Positions 1 to 8,035 of a DNA stretch of 34,882 nt are shown piece after piece (the first letter of the stretch is position 1; each line of letters starts with the position of its first letter). The notes under the pieces are model-generated. The model was given only the letters and a program-made list of their open reading frames with translations. It ran no database searches and was not told where the DNA came from. Made by a program: the position numbers and the translations under genes. Origin of the DNA: Myxococcota bacterium (GTDB taxonomy: Bacteria; Myxococcota_A; UBA796; SXON01); NCBI GenBank assembly GCA_040386535.1, contig JAZKFH010000044.1, forward strand, positions 3,345 to 38,226, given 5' to 3'.

Positions 1-98
1 GGCGCGGCGGGGCGCACGGGGGCGCATTGGGGCGCGGCGGGGCGCACGGGGGCGCGGCGGGGCGCACGGGGGCGCGGCGGGGCGCACGGGGGCGCGGC
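1..98. repeat. Decamer tandem repeat (GGCGCGGCGG / GGCGCACGGG alternating), may continue beyond window start
   Basis: About 10 consecutive 10-bp units beginning GGCGC, read directly. Confidence 0.85.
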
Positions 99-289
99 CG
101 AGACCCATGCCCCCGGATTGATTCCCTCGGTGGAACGCATGCTACTTCAGAGGTTCCTTTTGCGCGATGGAGGCCGGGGCGCCTACGGACGAAGCGTCAT
201 TTTCGCGGACCCGTCCCGCGCGAGTTCGGCCGGATGGAACCTTTGAGTTGGCTTGGGTAGCGCCCGAGGAACCTCACGGGGGGATGGGT

Positions 290-540
290 GCCGCGGCGGC
301 GTGGCGGCACCGCGGCGGCACGGTGGAAGCGCGGCGGCGTGGCGGCACGGCGGCGGCACGGTGGAAGCGCGGCACCGCGGCACCGCGGCACCGCGGCACC
401 GCGGCGGCACGGTGTGGCCGCGGCACCGCGGCGCCGCGGCCACACCGCGGCCCGACCGCCGCCACACCGCGGCCTGACCGCCGCCACACCCCGGCCCGAC
501 CGCCGCCACACCCCGGCCCGCCCGCCGCCACACCGCCGCG
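290..540. repeat. Composite low-complexity repeat: CGCGGCAC octamers, a palindrome at about 410-447, and 22-bp tandem units CCACACCSCGGCCYGMCCGCCG
   Basis: 22-bp units start at 440, 462, 484, 506 and 528 (partial); octamer run at about 368-405. Confidence 0.75.
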
Positions 541-545
541 CCGCG

Positions 546-1487
546 CTACGGCACCCGCCGCAACGTGAACCCCCGCTCCAGCGTCGTCTTGGGCGAGAGC
601 GCGCCGAGCGGGTGCTGGGCCGGGCCCGCGGGCTCGGCGACGAGCCAGGTGGCGCCGTCGACGGTCACGGCGCGGTCCGCGCCCCGCGGCGGCAGGCCCA
701 GGACGACGATGGCGTGCTGGTCGAGCGTGACGACGGCCACGGCGAGCCCCGGCGCCGCGGCGCGGAGGAGGGCGGCGTAGAGGGTGGCCTTCTCGTCGCA
801 ATCGCCGCGCTGCTCGCGTAGGAGGGCCAGCGGCGGCGCGAAGGTGGCGCGCGTGACGGCCTCGTAGGGGAGCGCCTGCACGAAGGAGAGCGCGCGCTCG
901 GCGTAGGCGCGCAGATCGGCGGCGGCGGGGGCGCCAACGCTGGCGCCGGCGGTCGCGCCGGTCGTCGCCCCGGCGGGCGCGCCGAGCGCCTCGGCAAGCG
1001 GACGCACGAGCGCCGCGCTCTCGGCGGCGATGCGCGCGTGGTCGTACTGCACCTGGCCCGGCGCGACCCGCAGCAGACGCCGGTCGGCGAGCACCGCGGC
1101 GTACACGCGCTCGCGCTCGGCGGTGGCGGCGGCGAGGGTGCGGGCGACGGCGGCCTCGCTGGTGCCCTCGGCCTCGAGCGTGATCTCGCGCCCGCGCACC
1201 GTGACCACGAGCCCCGGCGCCGCGCCCACGGCCCACGCGCGCACCTGCCCGCCGACCTCGGCCAGCATGGCCTTCTGGTCGAAGCGGAGCACCTCCGCCG
1301 TCGTGAGCGTACCCGCGGGGAAGGTGGCCGTGACGGCGGCGCCGCCGGGCGTGTAGACGGAGTACACGTCGCCGTCCGGGGGAGGCGCGGGGGCGGGGGG
1401 CGCGGCCGCCGCGAGAGCGGCGAGGAGGACGAAGAGGGGCAGGTGAGCTCCGGCGGTCGGAGGGGCGCGGGCCGGCGAGGACACCAC
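546..1487 (-). CDS. Secreted transglutaminase-like (Cys-His-acidic triad) protein
   Basis: Hydrophobic N-terminus LPLFVLLAALAAAAP; motif FVQALPY...GDCDEKATLYAALL...HAIV...AEP typical of transglutaminase-like cysteine proteases; start uncertain. Confidence 0.65.
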   Translation of the reverse strand: MVSSPARAPPTAGAHLPLFVLLAALAAAAPPAPAPPPDGDVYSVYTPGGAAVTATFPAGTLTTAEVLRFDQKAMLAEVGGQVRAWAVGAAPGLVVTVRGREITLEAEGTSEAAVARTLAAATAERERVYAAVLADRRLLRVAPGQVQYDHARIAAESAALVRPLAEALGAPAGATTGATAGASVGAPAAADLRAYAERALSFVQALPYEAVTRATFAPPLALLREQRGDCDEKATLYAALLRAAAPGLAVAVVTLDQHAIVVLGLPPRGADRAVTVDGATWLVAEPAGPAQHPLGALSPKTTLERGFTLRRVP

Positions 1488-1630
1488 CCTCGCACGGTAA
1501 CGAGGGCGGTACGCCGGGACGGCGCGAAGGGCAGACGCGCGGCGCGGCGCGTTCCTTCACGCGGATCCCGGCGCGCCTCGTCGCGAGGGGGTTCGTGGGG
1601 AGGGCGGGGCGGGCCGGCAGGGGTTCCTGC

Positions 1631-1730
1631 CGCTTGCGCCTCCCCTTGCGCCTGCCCCTTGCGCCTGCCCCTTGCGCCTGCCGTTGCGCCTGCCGCTTGC
1701 GCCTGCCGCTTGCGCCTGCCGCTTGCGCCC
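1631..1730. repeat. 13-bp tandem repeat CTTGCGCCTGCCS, about 8 copies
   Basis: Read directly; one unit is 1 nt shorter. Confidence 0.85.
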
Positions 1731-1758
1731 CCCCGGGCGAGGCATCCCGCCGAGGCCG

Positions 1759-1956
1759 GCGTCATGCCCCCCTGAATGCCGCTAATTTGGAGTCATGCCC
1801 CCCTGAACGCCGGGTTCGTGGGATGCTCCGCGGCGCCGCCACGGACCAAGCGGCACTTTCCGGGCCGCGGTGTCCTCTCGCGGGCGCTCGCGGGCTGAAT
1901 CCGAGCATTCAACCCGGCATGACTCCGTGCCGCGTGCATTCACCGGGACATGACTC
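1759..1956. repeat. Block of four 21-bp motifs GAGTCATGYC-N4-TGAAYGC: two direct and two inverted, each pair with 31-bp period
   Basis: Forward copies at 1759 and 1790; reverse copies GCATTCA-N4-GRCATGACTC at 1905 and 1936. Confidence 0.75.
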
Positions 1957-2162
1957 GGACGTGGCTTCCGGGCCCGCGGGCGCCGCTGCGGTGCGGGGGC
2001 GTCGGGGGGCCGCCCAGCGCGAGAGCTCGCCCCGCTACAACGTCGGCGGCACCCCACCCTCCACCCGCGGCGGCGGCCCCGCTCGGGGGGCCGGGCACCG
2101 CCGCGCGCGCGGTCGCCCAACCAGCCTCTCGGTTCGGGAGGGCCCGGCGCGGAACCGACCGA

Positions 2163-2720
2163 CTATTGGTACCCGCTCGTCACCAGCCACGGGCAATCCG
2201 CGAGGCAATAACTCTCGCCCTCGAACACCTCGCACGTAAAGCCGCGCGGGCACTCCTCGTTGGTGGTGCAGGTCGGGTAGCAGAACGCGAGCGACGGGTC
2301 GGTGAAGTAGGCGAGGCAGATTTGGCCGTCGCCACAGCTCGAACGTTCGCCGAGGGGGCAGGAGGCGCACCAGTCGTAGCCGCCGTCGTCGCAGGTGCCC
2401 GTGGTCGTGTTGCAGAACTCGCCGTACGCGCAATCCGTAGCCGTGTCGGTGCACGGGTTGGTGACACACGTCGAGGTCTCGATGTCACAACTGGAGCCGG
2501 CGTGACAGTCGGCGTCCTGCTGGCAGCCCACGTTGCAGGTGTACGCGTCGTCGCAGTAGGAGTCGAGGTCGCACCAGGTGGAGTCGACACACTCGACCGC
2601 CGTGCACGTGGCGTCGATGCAGGCGGCGCCGGCTTCACAGTCGCCGTTGCCGACACACTCGCCATCGGCGGGGGCCTCGCCGGAACACGCGAGCAACATT
2701 GCCAGGAGGATGGACATCAT
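2163..2720 (-). CDS. Cysteine-rich lipoprotein (repeated C-x4-DC-x5-C units)
   Basis: MMSILLAMLLAC lipobox; many Cys-rich repeats; ATGA overlap with upstream gene stop at 2717-2720. Confidence 0.85.
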   Translation of the reverse strand: MMSILLAMLLACSGEAPADGECVGNGDCEAGAACIDATCTAVECVDSTWCDLDSYCDDAYTCNVGCQQDADCHAGSSCDIETSTCVTNPCTDTATDCAYGEFCNTTTGTCDDGGYDWCASCPLGERSSCGDGQICLAYFTDPSLAFCYPTCTTNEECPRGFTCEVFEGESYCLADCPWLVTSGYQ

Positions 2721-3799
2721 CGGGCGGCTCCGGGGCAGAAGGCCGCGGCGTCGCCGTTGCCCTGCTCGTACGTGACGACAATCTCGCTCGCCGCGCCCGG
2801 CGTGGAGGTCAGGTCGAACACGATGCGGCCCTCCTCCTCGCCTTCGGCGTTGGTGACGAATTGGTAGGCCCACCCGCCGTCCTCGCAGGGCCACGGCACG
2901 TCGTCGACCGTGACCTCGATCGTGGCCGCGTTCGGCAGCGACGTGAGCGCGAAGGTGTCCTCCAGCCGCGTGACGGCGTGGGCGAGCTCCTCCATCATCG
3001 GCTGCAGGTCCTCGACACAGATGTTGCCGAGCGCGCCGTCGGTCGCGTCGGTCATGCGCATGTAACGGTCGGCCACGTTGGCCTGGGCCTCGACGTTGGT
3101 TCCGGCCGGCTCGCACACCATCCAATCCGAGATGACGATGCTCGACACGTTGAACGAGTCACGCAAGTCGCCGCTCTTGAGCGAGAGGAAGAAGTTGAGG
3201 TAGTCGTTGATGCCGGCGGGGGAGTCGTCGTCCGAGTCGGACACCACCACGACGGACAGGCTCGCCTCGGGCCGCAGGAAGCCGGCGCTGCTGGTCGAGA
3301 GGTAGGGCTCGGACAGGGCGAGGCGCGCGGACTCGAGGCCCGCGGGCTGCGGGTGCCCGCAGATGCCGATCTGGAGCAGGCTCGCGAACTCGGCGGCGGC
3401 GTTCGGTGTCTCTGGCGTGACGATGGTGCCCCCGACCAGTTGGCCGCCGAGCGGGACCGCGGCGATCTCCTCCTCGGTGCACGGAATGTCGCGGCGGAAC
3501 GTCGGATCCCGCACGGTGGTGGTGACCGCGGCGATCTGGTAGTCGAGGTTCACGCTGTCGGGCAGGCTGATGAATTGGCCGAACGACTCGGCCACGCGGG
3601 TCTGGTCGTCCTCCATGGACTCGGTGTTGTCGACCACGAGCAGGATGTCCACGGCGGTGGGCGCGTCCTGGGAGAACTTGTCGCTCCCGCGGCGGATCGT
3701 GAACGTGGTGTAGTCGGTGCAGGCCGTGGCGAGGCAGGCCGTCGCGAGGAGCACCACCGCGGAGAGGGACGATCTCGTGAGAGAATTCGTGAGGCGCAT
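2717..3799 (-). CDS. vWA-domain lipoprotein, CglB-like
   Basis: GGAG RBS before ATG 3799; lipobox LATAC; VDILLVVDNTESM MIDAS-like motif; GFLRPEASLSVVVVSDSDD typical of myxobacterial CglB-like vWA proteins. Confidence 0.8.
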   Translation of the reverse strand: MRLTNSLTRSSLSAVVLLATACLATACTDYTTFTIRRGSDKFSQDAPTAVDILLVVDNTESMEDDQTRVAESFGQFISLPDSVNLDYQIAAVTTTVRDPTFRRDIPCTEEEIAAVPLGGQLVGGTIVTPETPNAAAEFASLLQIGICGHPQPAGLESARLALSEPYLSTSSAGFLRPEASLSVVVVSDSDDDSPAGINDYLNFFLSLKSGDLRDSFNVSSIVISDWMVCEPAGTNVEAQANVADRYMRMTDATDGALGNICVEDLQPMMEELAHAVTRLEDTFALTSLPNAATIEVTVDDVPWPCEDGGWAYQFVTNAEGEEEGRIVFDLTSTPGAASEIVVTYEQGNGDAAAFCPGAAR

Positions 3800-3884
3800 G
3801 TCGTCTCCCGGAGAGGACGCGCTCGCGGAATACAGGATCGCGGGCCCGATCGCAAGGGGGCGGCACACGGGCGACGCTCGGGGG

Positions 3885-4658
3885 TCACCCGCCCCAGGCG
3901 GCCGGATCCTGCTTGTAGAAGCCGGCGAGCTGCTCGTACAGCTCGGGGTGGCGCTCGCGCAGGCGGCGCGGCCGCTCGAAGAACGCCTCGGTCACGACGG
4001 CGAAGAACTCGGCGGGGTTGGTGGCGCCGTACGGATCGAGGGTGGTGGGGCGGTCGCGGTGGATCGCGGCCACGAGCGCCTCGTACTCGCGCCCGAGCAC
4101 GCGCGACCACGCCGTGTACATGCCACGCTCGGGCAGGACCGGGGCCCCGTCGGCGTTGCCGCCGGTCTCGGTGTCGAGCTGGTGGGCGAACTCGTGGAGC
4201 ACGACGTTGTGCCCGTCGTCGTCGTCGCGAGCGCCGTGGCGGGCGGCGTCCCACGCGAGGATGACGAGGCCACGTTGCCACGACTCGCCGGTGCGGGCCT
4301 GGGGCCCCTCGTGCACGAGGCCGTCCTGGTGGCGGCGCCCGTCGGTGACCCAGCCGCTGGGGTACACGAGCACGGTGTCGAGGGTGGGGTACGGGTCGTC
4401 AACGTCGCGATGCAGGAGCAGCAGGCACGCCTGCGCGGCGATGGTGACCTTGATCTCGTCGGTGAGCACGAGCCCGCCGGCGCCCTCGAAGTGTTTGTCC
4501 GCCAGGAACACGGCCACGTGGCCCTCGAGCTCGCGCCGGTCCTCCGGGGAGAGGCGCCCCACGATCGGCACGCGCTGGTCGATGAGCGCGGCGAACGCGG
4601 CGGGGAACGGCTCCGCGCGGAGGCGGGCGCGGCGGCGGGCGGGGAAGAGGGTGAACAT
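3885..4658 (-). CDS. mtfA: MtfA-like zinc peptidase (M90 family)
   Basis: IAAQACLLLL, NVVLHEFAHQLD (HExxH), LDPYGATNPAEFFAVVTEAFFE. Confidence 0.92.
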   Translation of the reverse strand: MFTLFPARRRARLRAEPFPAAFAALIDQRVPIVGRLSPEDRRELEGHVAVFLADKHFEGAGGLVLTDEIKVTIAAQACLLLLHRDVDDPYPTLDTVLVYPSGWVTDGRRHQDGLVHEGPQARTGESWQRGLVILAWDAARHGARDDDDGHNVVLHEFAHQLDTETGGNADGAPVLPERGMYTAWSRVLGREYEALVAAIHRDRPTTLDPYGATNPAEFFAVVTEAFFERPRRLRERHPELYEQLAGFYKQDPAAWGG

Positions 4659-4705
4659 GGGGGGATCTTATGATCGGGGCGTGGGTGGCGTCGGGGGAGG
4701 CGGAG

Positions 4706-4792
4706 GGGGGTCTGACCTTACGACTTATCACCTGCCACAGGCGAACGCCGCGAATGGCGGACGGGGGTCTGACCTTACGACTTGTCACTTGC
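4706..4792 (+). repeat. Two direct copies of GGGGGTCTGACCTTACGACTTRTCACYTGC (REP/TIR-like)
   Basis: Copies start at 4706 and 4763 (57 bp apart). Confidence 0.8.
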
Positions 4793-4837
4793 GGGGGGGG
4801 GCGCGGCGGGAGGGGCGGCAGGGGCGGAGAGGCGGAG

Positions 4838-4966
4838 GGGGCGCACCCCGCGCCGAGCCGCGGGTCGCCGTCCTGCGGGCGGGCGGCAGAGCCGCCCGGT
4901 CGGTCGGCCGCGGCGGCCGCCCGGACCGCGCCGCGGCGGCGCGCCCTCCGCCCGGCTTGCGCAGGG
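4838..4966 (-). repeat. Multi-hairpin dispersed element, copy D (diverged)
   Basis: Minus strand: P2 CGCGCCG-ccg-CGGCGCG; P3 GTC-c-...-GAC; linker CGG; P4 GCGGC-tct-GCCGC; P6 CCCGCG-gctcgg-CGCGGG; tail GTGCGCCCC. Confidence 0.65.
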
Positions 4967-5327
4967 AGGGTGTTGAACGGGGGCGCCGGGGGCGGGATGT
5001 CGGGTGGATGGCTGCGAAGCTCGCGCGGAAGTCTGACGTGCTCCCGTCGCGCGTTGTTGCGAGCGTGACCGTGCCTCCCGCCCGTGGGGCGCGCTTTTTG
5101 AGGCCCGGCGCGTGGCCGATCGCGCGCCCGCCGTCCCCGCCGCGGGCCGCTCGCCAGCACCCTACGCCCGCGCCGATGGCGCGCCCGCACCGACCGTGCG
5201 GCGCTTCGTCGACGCCGCGATCTCCGGGAGGGCGGGCGCTCGATGACGACCTGCTTGACGAGGTCGTCGTGGAGGTGTCGCCGTCCGGCGGCCTCGCGGC
5301 GGCGGGTGTCACGCTGGGGGCGGCGGG

Positions 5328-5478
5328 ACCGTCCGAGGTCGGAGGATGCATGCTCATCCCCGCACTTCAGACGGACATACCGTCCGAGGTCGGAGGGTGC
5401 GCGCTCATCCCCCGACCTCGGACGGACATACCGTCCGAGGTCGGAGGATGCATGCTCATCCCTCGACTTCAGACGGAC
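5328..5478. repeat. Tandem array of three 51-bp palindromic units (array 1)
   Basis: Units start at 5328, 5379 and 5430: ACCGTCCGAGGTCGGAGGRTG-N6-CATC-N7-YTCRGACGGACAT. Confidence 0.9.
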
Positions 5479-5599
5479 GCGTGTCGTGAGCCAAGAGTGC
5501 GTGCGTTGGGGGCGTACCCGTCGCGCGGGCCCGCCGCGTGCACGTGCCCGACATCGGGCACCAGGCACGCACCGGCGGCGCGGGCGGGCCCGCCAGATC

Positions 5600-5695
5600 T
5601 GACATCCCGCAGGTCCTGACCCCATCCGCATGCCGGAACTCGCCAACCCACCGGAATCACTACCGAAGGTTTGACGTTCCGCTGGTCCTGACCCC
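5600..5695 (-). repeat. Two copies of TGAC-N4-CGCWGGTCCTGACCCC, inverted relative to the 4706/4763 pair
   Basis: Copies at 5600-5623 and 5672-5695; align without gaps to the reverse complement of the 4763 copy (TGACAAGTCGTAAGGTCAGACCCC). Confidence 0.65.
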
Positions 5696-5812
5696 CTCCC
5701 GGATGCCCGCACACGCGCCCGCCCCCGGCAGCCCCGCTCCGCAGCGGCCGCGCGTCCGCGCGCGGTCCGTCTGCCCAGCTCCCGGGTCGGATCCGCTCCC
5801 GACCTCAGCGGG

Positions 5813-6814
5813 TCAGAACTGCCGAACCAACGACAGCCGCCCGTCGTACAGGCGCCGGATGTCGTCGATGCCGTAGCGGAGCATGACCATGCGGTCGAAC
5901 CCCATGCCGAACGCGTAGGCCTGCCACTCGGCGGGGTCGTGGCCGCACGCGCGCAACACGTTGGGGTGCACCAGGCCGCCGGGGATGAGCTCGATCCAGC
6001 CCGACTGTTTGCACACGCCGCAGCCGTTGCCACCGCAGAAGACGCAGCTCACGTCGAGGTCCAGGCCGGGCTCGACGAAGGGGTAGAACGCGGGGCGGAA
6101 GCGTGTCTTGAGGCCGCGGCCGATGACCTTCTCGACCAGCGTCTCGAGCGTGTGCTTGAGGTGGGCGACGGACACGTGGCGGTCGACCAGCAGGCCCTCG
6201 ACCTGGTGGAAGCTGGCGTGGTGCGTGGCGTCGATCGTCTCGTTGCGGAACACGCGGCCCGGCGCGAGGATGCGCAGCGGGGGCGTGCGCGAGAGCATCG
6301 TGCGGATCTGCACCGAGGAGGTGTGCGTGCGGGGGATCTCGCCGCGGTCGGTGTAGAAGGTGTCCCACACGTCGCGCGCGGGGTGGTCCTTCGGGATGTT
6401 GAGCGCGTCGAAGTTGTGGAACTCGTCCTCGATGTCGGGGCCGCTCGCCACCTCGAAGCCGAGACCGGTGAAGTGGTCGATGACCTCTTCGAGCAGGAGC
6501 GTGATCGGGTGCAGCCGCCCGAGGTGCTTCGCGGGGCCGGGCGCGGTCACGTCGATCCAGCCGGCGTCGATGGACTGGGCCTCGGCGGCCTGCTCCAGCT
6601 CCTCCTTGCGCGCGTCGATGCGGGCCTGGGCCTCGGCCTTCAGCGCGTTGACCCGGGCGCCGAAGCCGGCGCGCTCCTCGGGCGCGAGCGCACCGAGCTG
6701 CTTGAGCATGCCGGTGATCTCGCCCTTCTTGCCGAGCAGGCGCACGCGCACGTCTTCGAGCGCTACGAGGTCGCCCGCTTCGGCGACGGTGGCCGCGATC
6801 CGTTCGGTGTCCAT
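5813..6814 (-). CDS. pheS: Phenylalanine--tRNA ligase alpha subunit
   Basis: LGKKG N-terminal helix, HNFDALNIPKDHPARD, RTHTSSVQIR, PGRVFRNE...FHQVEG, PFVEP, AFGMGFDR...IDDIR. Confidence 0.98.
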   Translation of the reverse strand: MDTERIAATVAEAGDLVALEDVRVRLLGKKGEITGMLKQLGALAPEERAGFGARVNALKAEAQARIDARKEELEQAAEAQSIDAGWIDVTAPGPAKHLGRLHPITLLLEEVIDHFTGLGFEVASGPDIEDEFHNFDALNIPKDHPARDVWDTFYTDRGEIPRTHTSSVQIRTMLSRTPPLRILAPGRVFRNETIDATHHASFHQVEGLLVDRHVSVAHLKHTLETLVEKVIGRGLKTRFRPAFYPFVEPGLDLDVSCVFCGGNGCGVCKQSGWIELIPGGLVHPNVLRACGHDPAEWQAYAFGMGFDRMVMLRYGIDDIRRLYDGRLSLVRQF

Positions 6815-6817
6815 GGC

Positions 6818-7894
6818 CTAGCCCGCGCTCCCGAGCTCGCGGTCGATGACGGCCTTGAAGCGCTCGTAGGGGAGCGCGCCGTTGAGGAACACGCCGTTCA
6901 CGAAGAACGCGGGCGTGCCGGTGACGCCGGCCTTGGCGCCATCCTCCATGTCCTTCTTGATCTCGGCTTCCATGGCGGGGTCCTTGCGGCAGGCCTGCCA
7001 CTTGTCCATGTCGAGCTTGGCCTCGCGCGCCACGCGCTCGAGATCGGCGTCCTCCAGCGCGCGCTGGTTGGTCATGAGCGCGTCGTGGACCTCCCAGTAC
7101 TTCTCCTGCTTCTCGGCGCAGTTGGCGGCCACCGCCGCGGGGATCGCGCGGTCGTGGAAGCCGAGGGGGAAGTCACGGAAGACGAAGCGGACCTGGCCCG
7201 GGTAGTTCTTCTGCACCTGGTCGAGCGACTCGCGCGCGGAGCCGCAGTACGGGCACTGGAACTCGGCGAACTGCACGATGGTGATCTTCGCGTCGACGGG
7301 GCCGATCGACGGATCGTCGTCCGTGGAGACGGGGATGCGCGGCAGGTTCGGGTACGGGAGCTGGACGACCACGCCGTACTGCTTGCGCAGGTCCGCCATG
7401 TAGACGGCGAAGCGCTCGCCCTGCTTGCGCTGCTTCACGGCGCGCTCGATGTCGGGGCGCACCTCTTCGAGGGTCTTGCCGCGGAGCTTGCGCGCGTTCG
7501 CGTCGTACAGCTCCTTGATCTCGGCCTCGGTGGGCGTGGCGGCCTTGTCCTCGACCTCCTTCTTCAGGAGCGCGCCGGGGTCGGCGAGGCCCTGCTTCTT
7601 GGCCTCGGCCTCGAGCAGCCGGGTGTTGACCTGGTCGTCCAACGCGGCGGTCTCCGCGTCGTACCGATTGGTCAAGAAGTCGGCCTCGAGCCGGAGCAGG
7701 TCCATCGCGATGTCTTTCTTGATGTCCGCGTAGGTCAGGGACCCACCCTCCCAAGCGGCCACGACACCCTCGTCGGGGTTGGCGGCGGGGGCCTGGACAG
7801 CGGGGGGCGGCGCACCGGCGCTCACGGCCTTCGGGCCCGCCGAATCGGCGGACTGGCACGCGATCGTCCAGGTGAGGAGGAGGGACACCAACAT
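6818..7894 (-). CDS. DsbA/thioredoxin-family lipoprotein with SurA-like N-terminal helical region
   Basis: Lipobox TIAC; FAEFQCPYC; FVFRDFPLGFH; GVTGTPAFFVNG. Confidence 0.9.
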   Translation of the reverse strand: MLVSLLLTWTIACQSADSAGPKAVSAGAPPPAVQAPAANPDEGVVAAWEGGSLTYADIKKDIAMDLLRLEADFLTNRYDAETAALDDQVNTRLLEAEAKKQGLADPGALLKKEVEDKAATPTEAEIKELYDANARKLRGKTLEEVRPDIERAVKQRKQGERFAVYMADLRKQYGVVVQLPYPNLPRIPVSTDDDPSIGPVDAKITIVQFAEFQCPYCGSARESLDQVQKNYPGQVRFVFRDFPLGFHDRAIPAAVAANCAEKQEKYWEVHDALMTNQRALEDADLERVAREAKLDMDKWQACRKDPAMEAEIKKDMEDGAKAGVTGTPAFFVNGVFLNGALPYERFKAVIDRELGSAG

Positions 7895-7965
7895 CGATCC
7901 ACCGGGGAAGCGCCGCCCCTAACCGGAAACCCGCCACCTCGTCTCGGATCGCGAGACACGTCGCC

Positions 7966-7999
7966 CGGCGCCCGCGGAGACACGGCGCCCGCGGAGACA
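7966..7999. repeat. 17-bp tandem duplication CGGCGCCCGCGGAGACA in divergent intergenic region
   Basis: Copies at 7966 and 7983, between the divergent DsbA-like and kinase genes. Confidence 0.6.
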
Positions 8000-8035
8000 C
8001 AGCGCCACGCCGCGCGGTTGGGTACACTCCGCGCC

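Noticed and set aside
120..290. Protein-like fragment MEAGAPTDEASFSRTRPARVRPDGTFELAWV between repeat tracts
   Set aside because: Short, no recognisable motif and runs into low-complexity repeats; at most a remnant.
5939..8035. N-terminal 699 aa of the 1787-aa ORF
   Set aside because: Antisense shadow of pheS and the DsbA-like gene; kinase similarity begins at ATG 8036.
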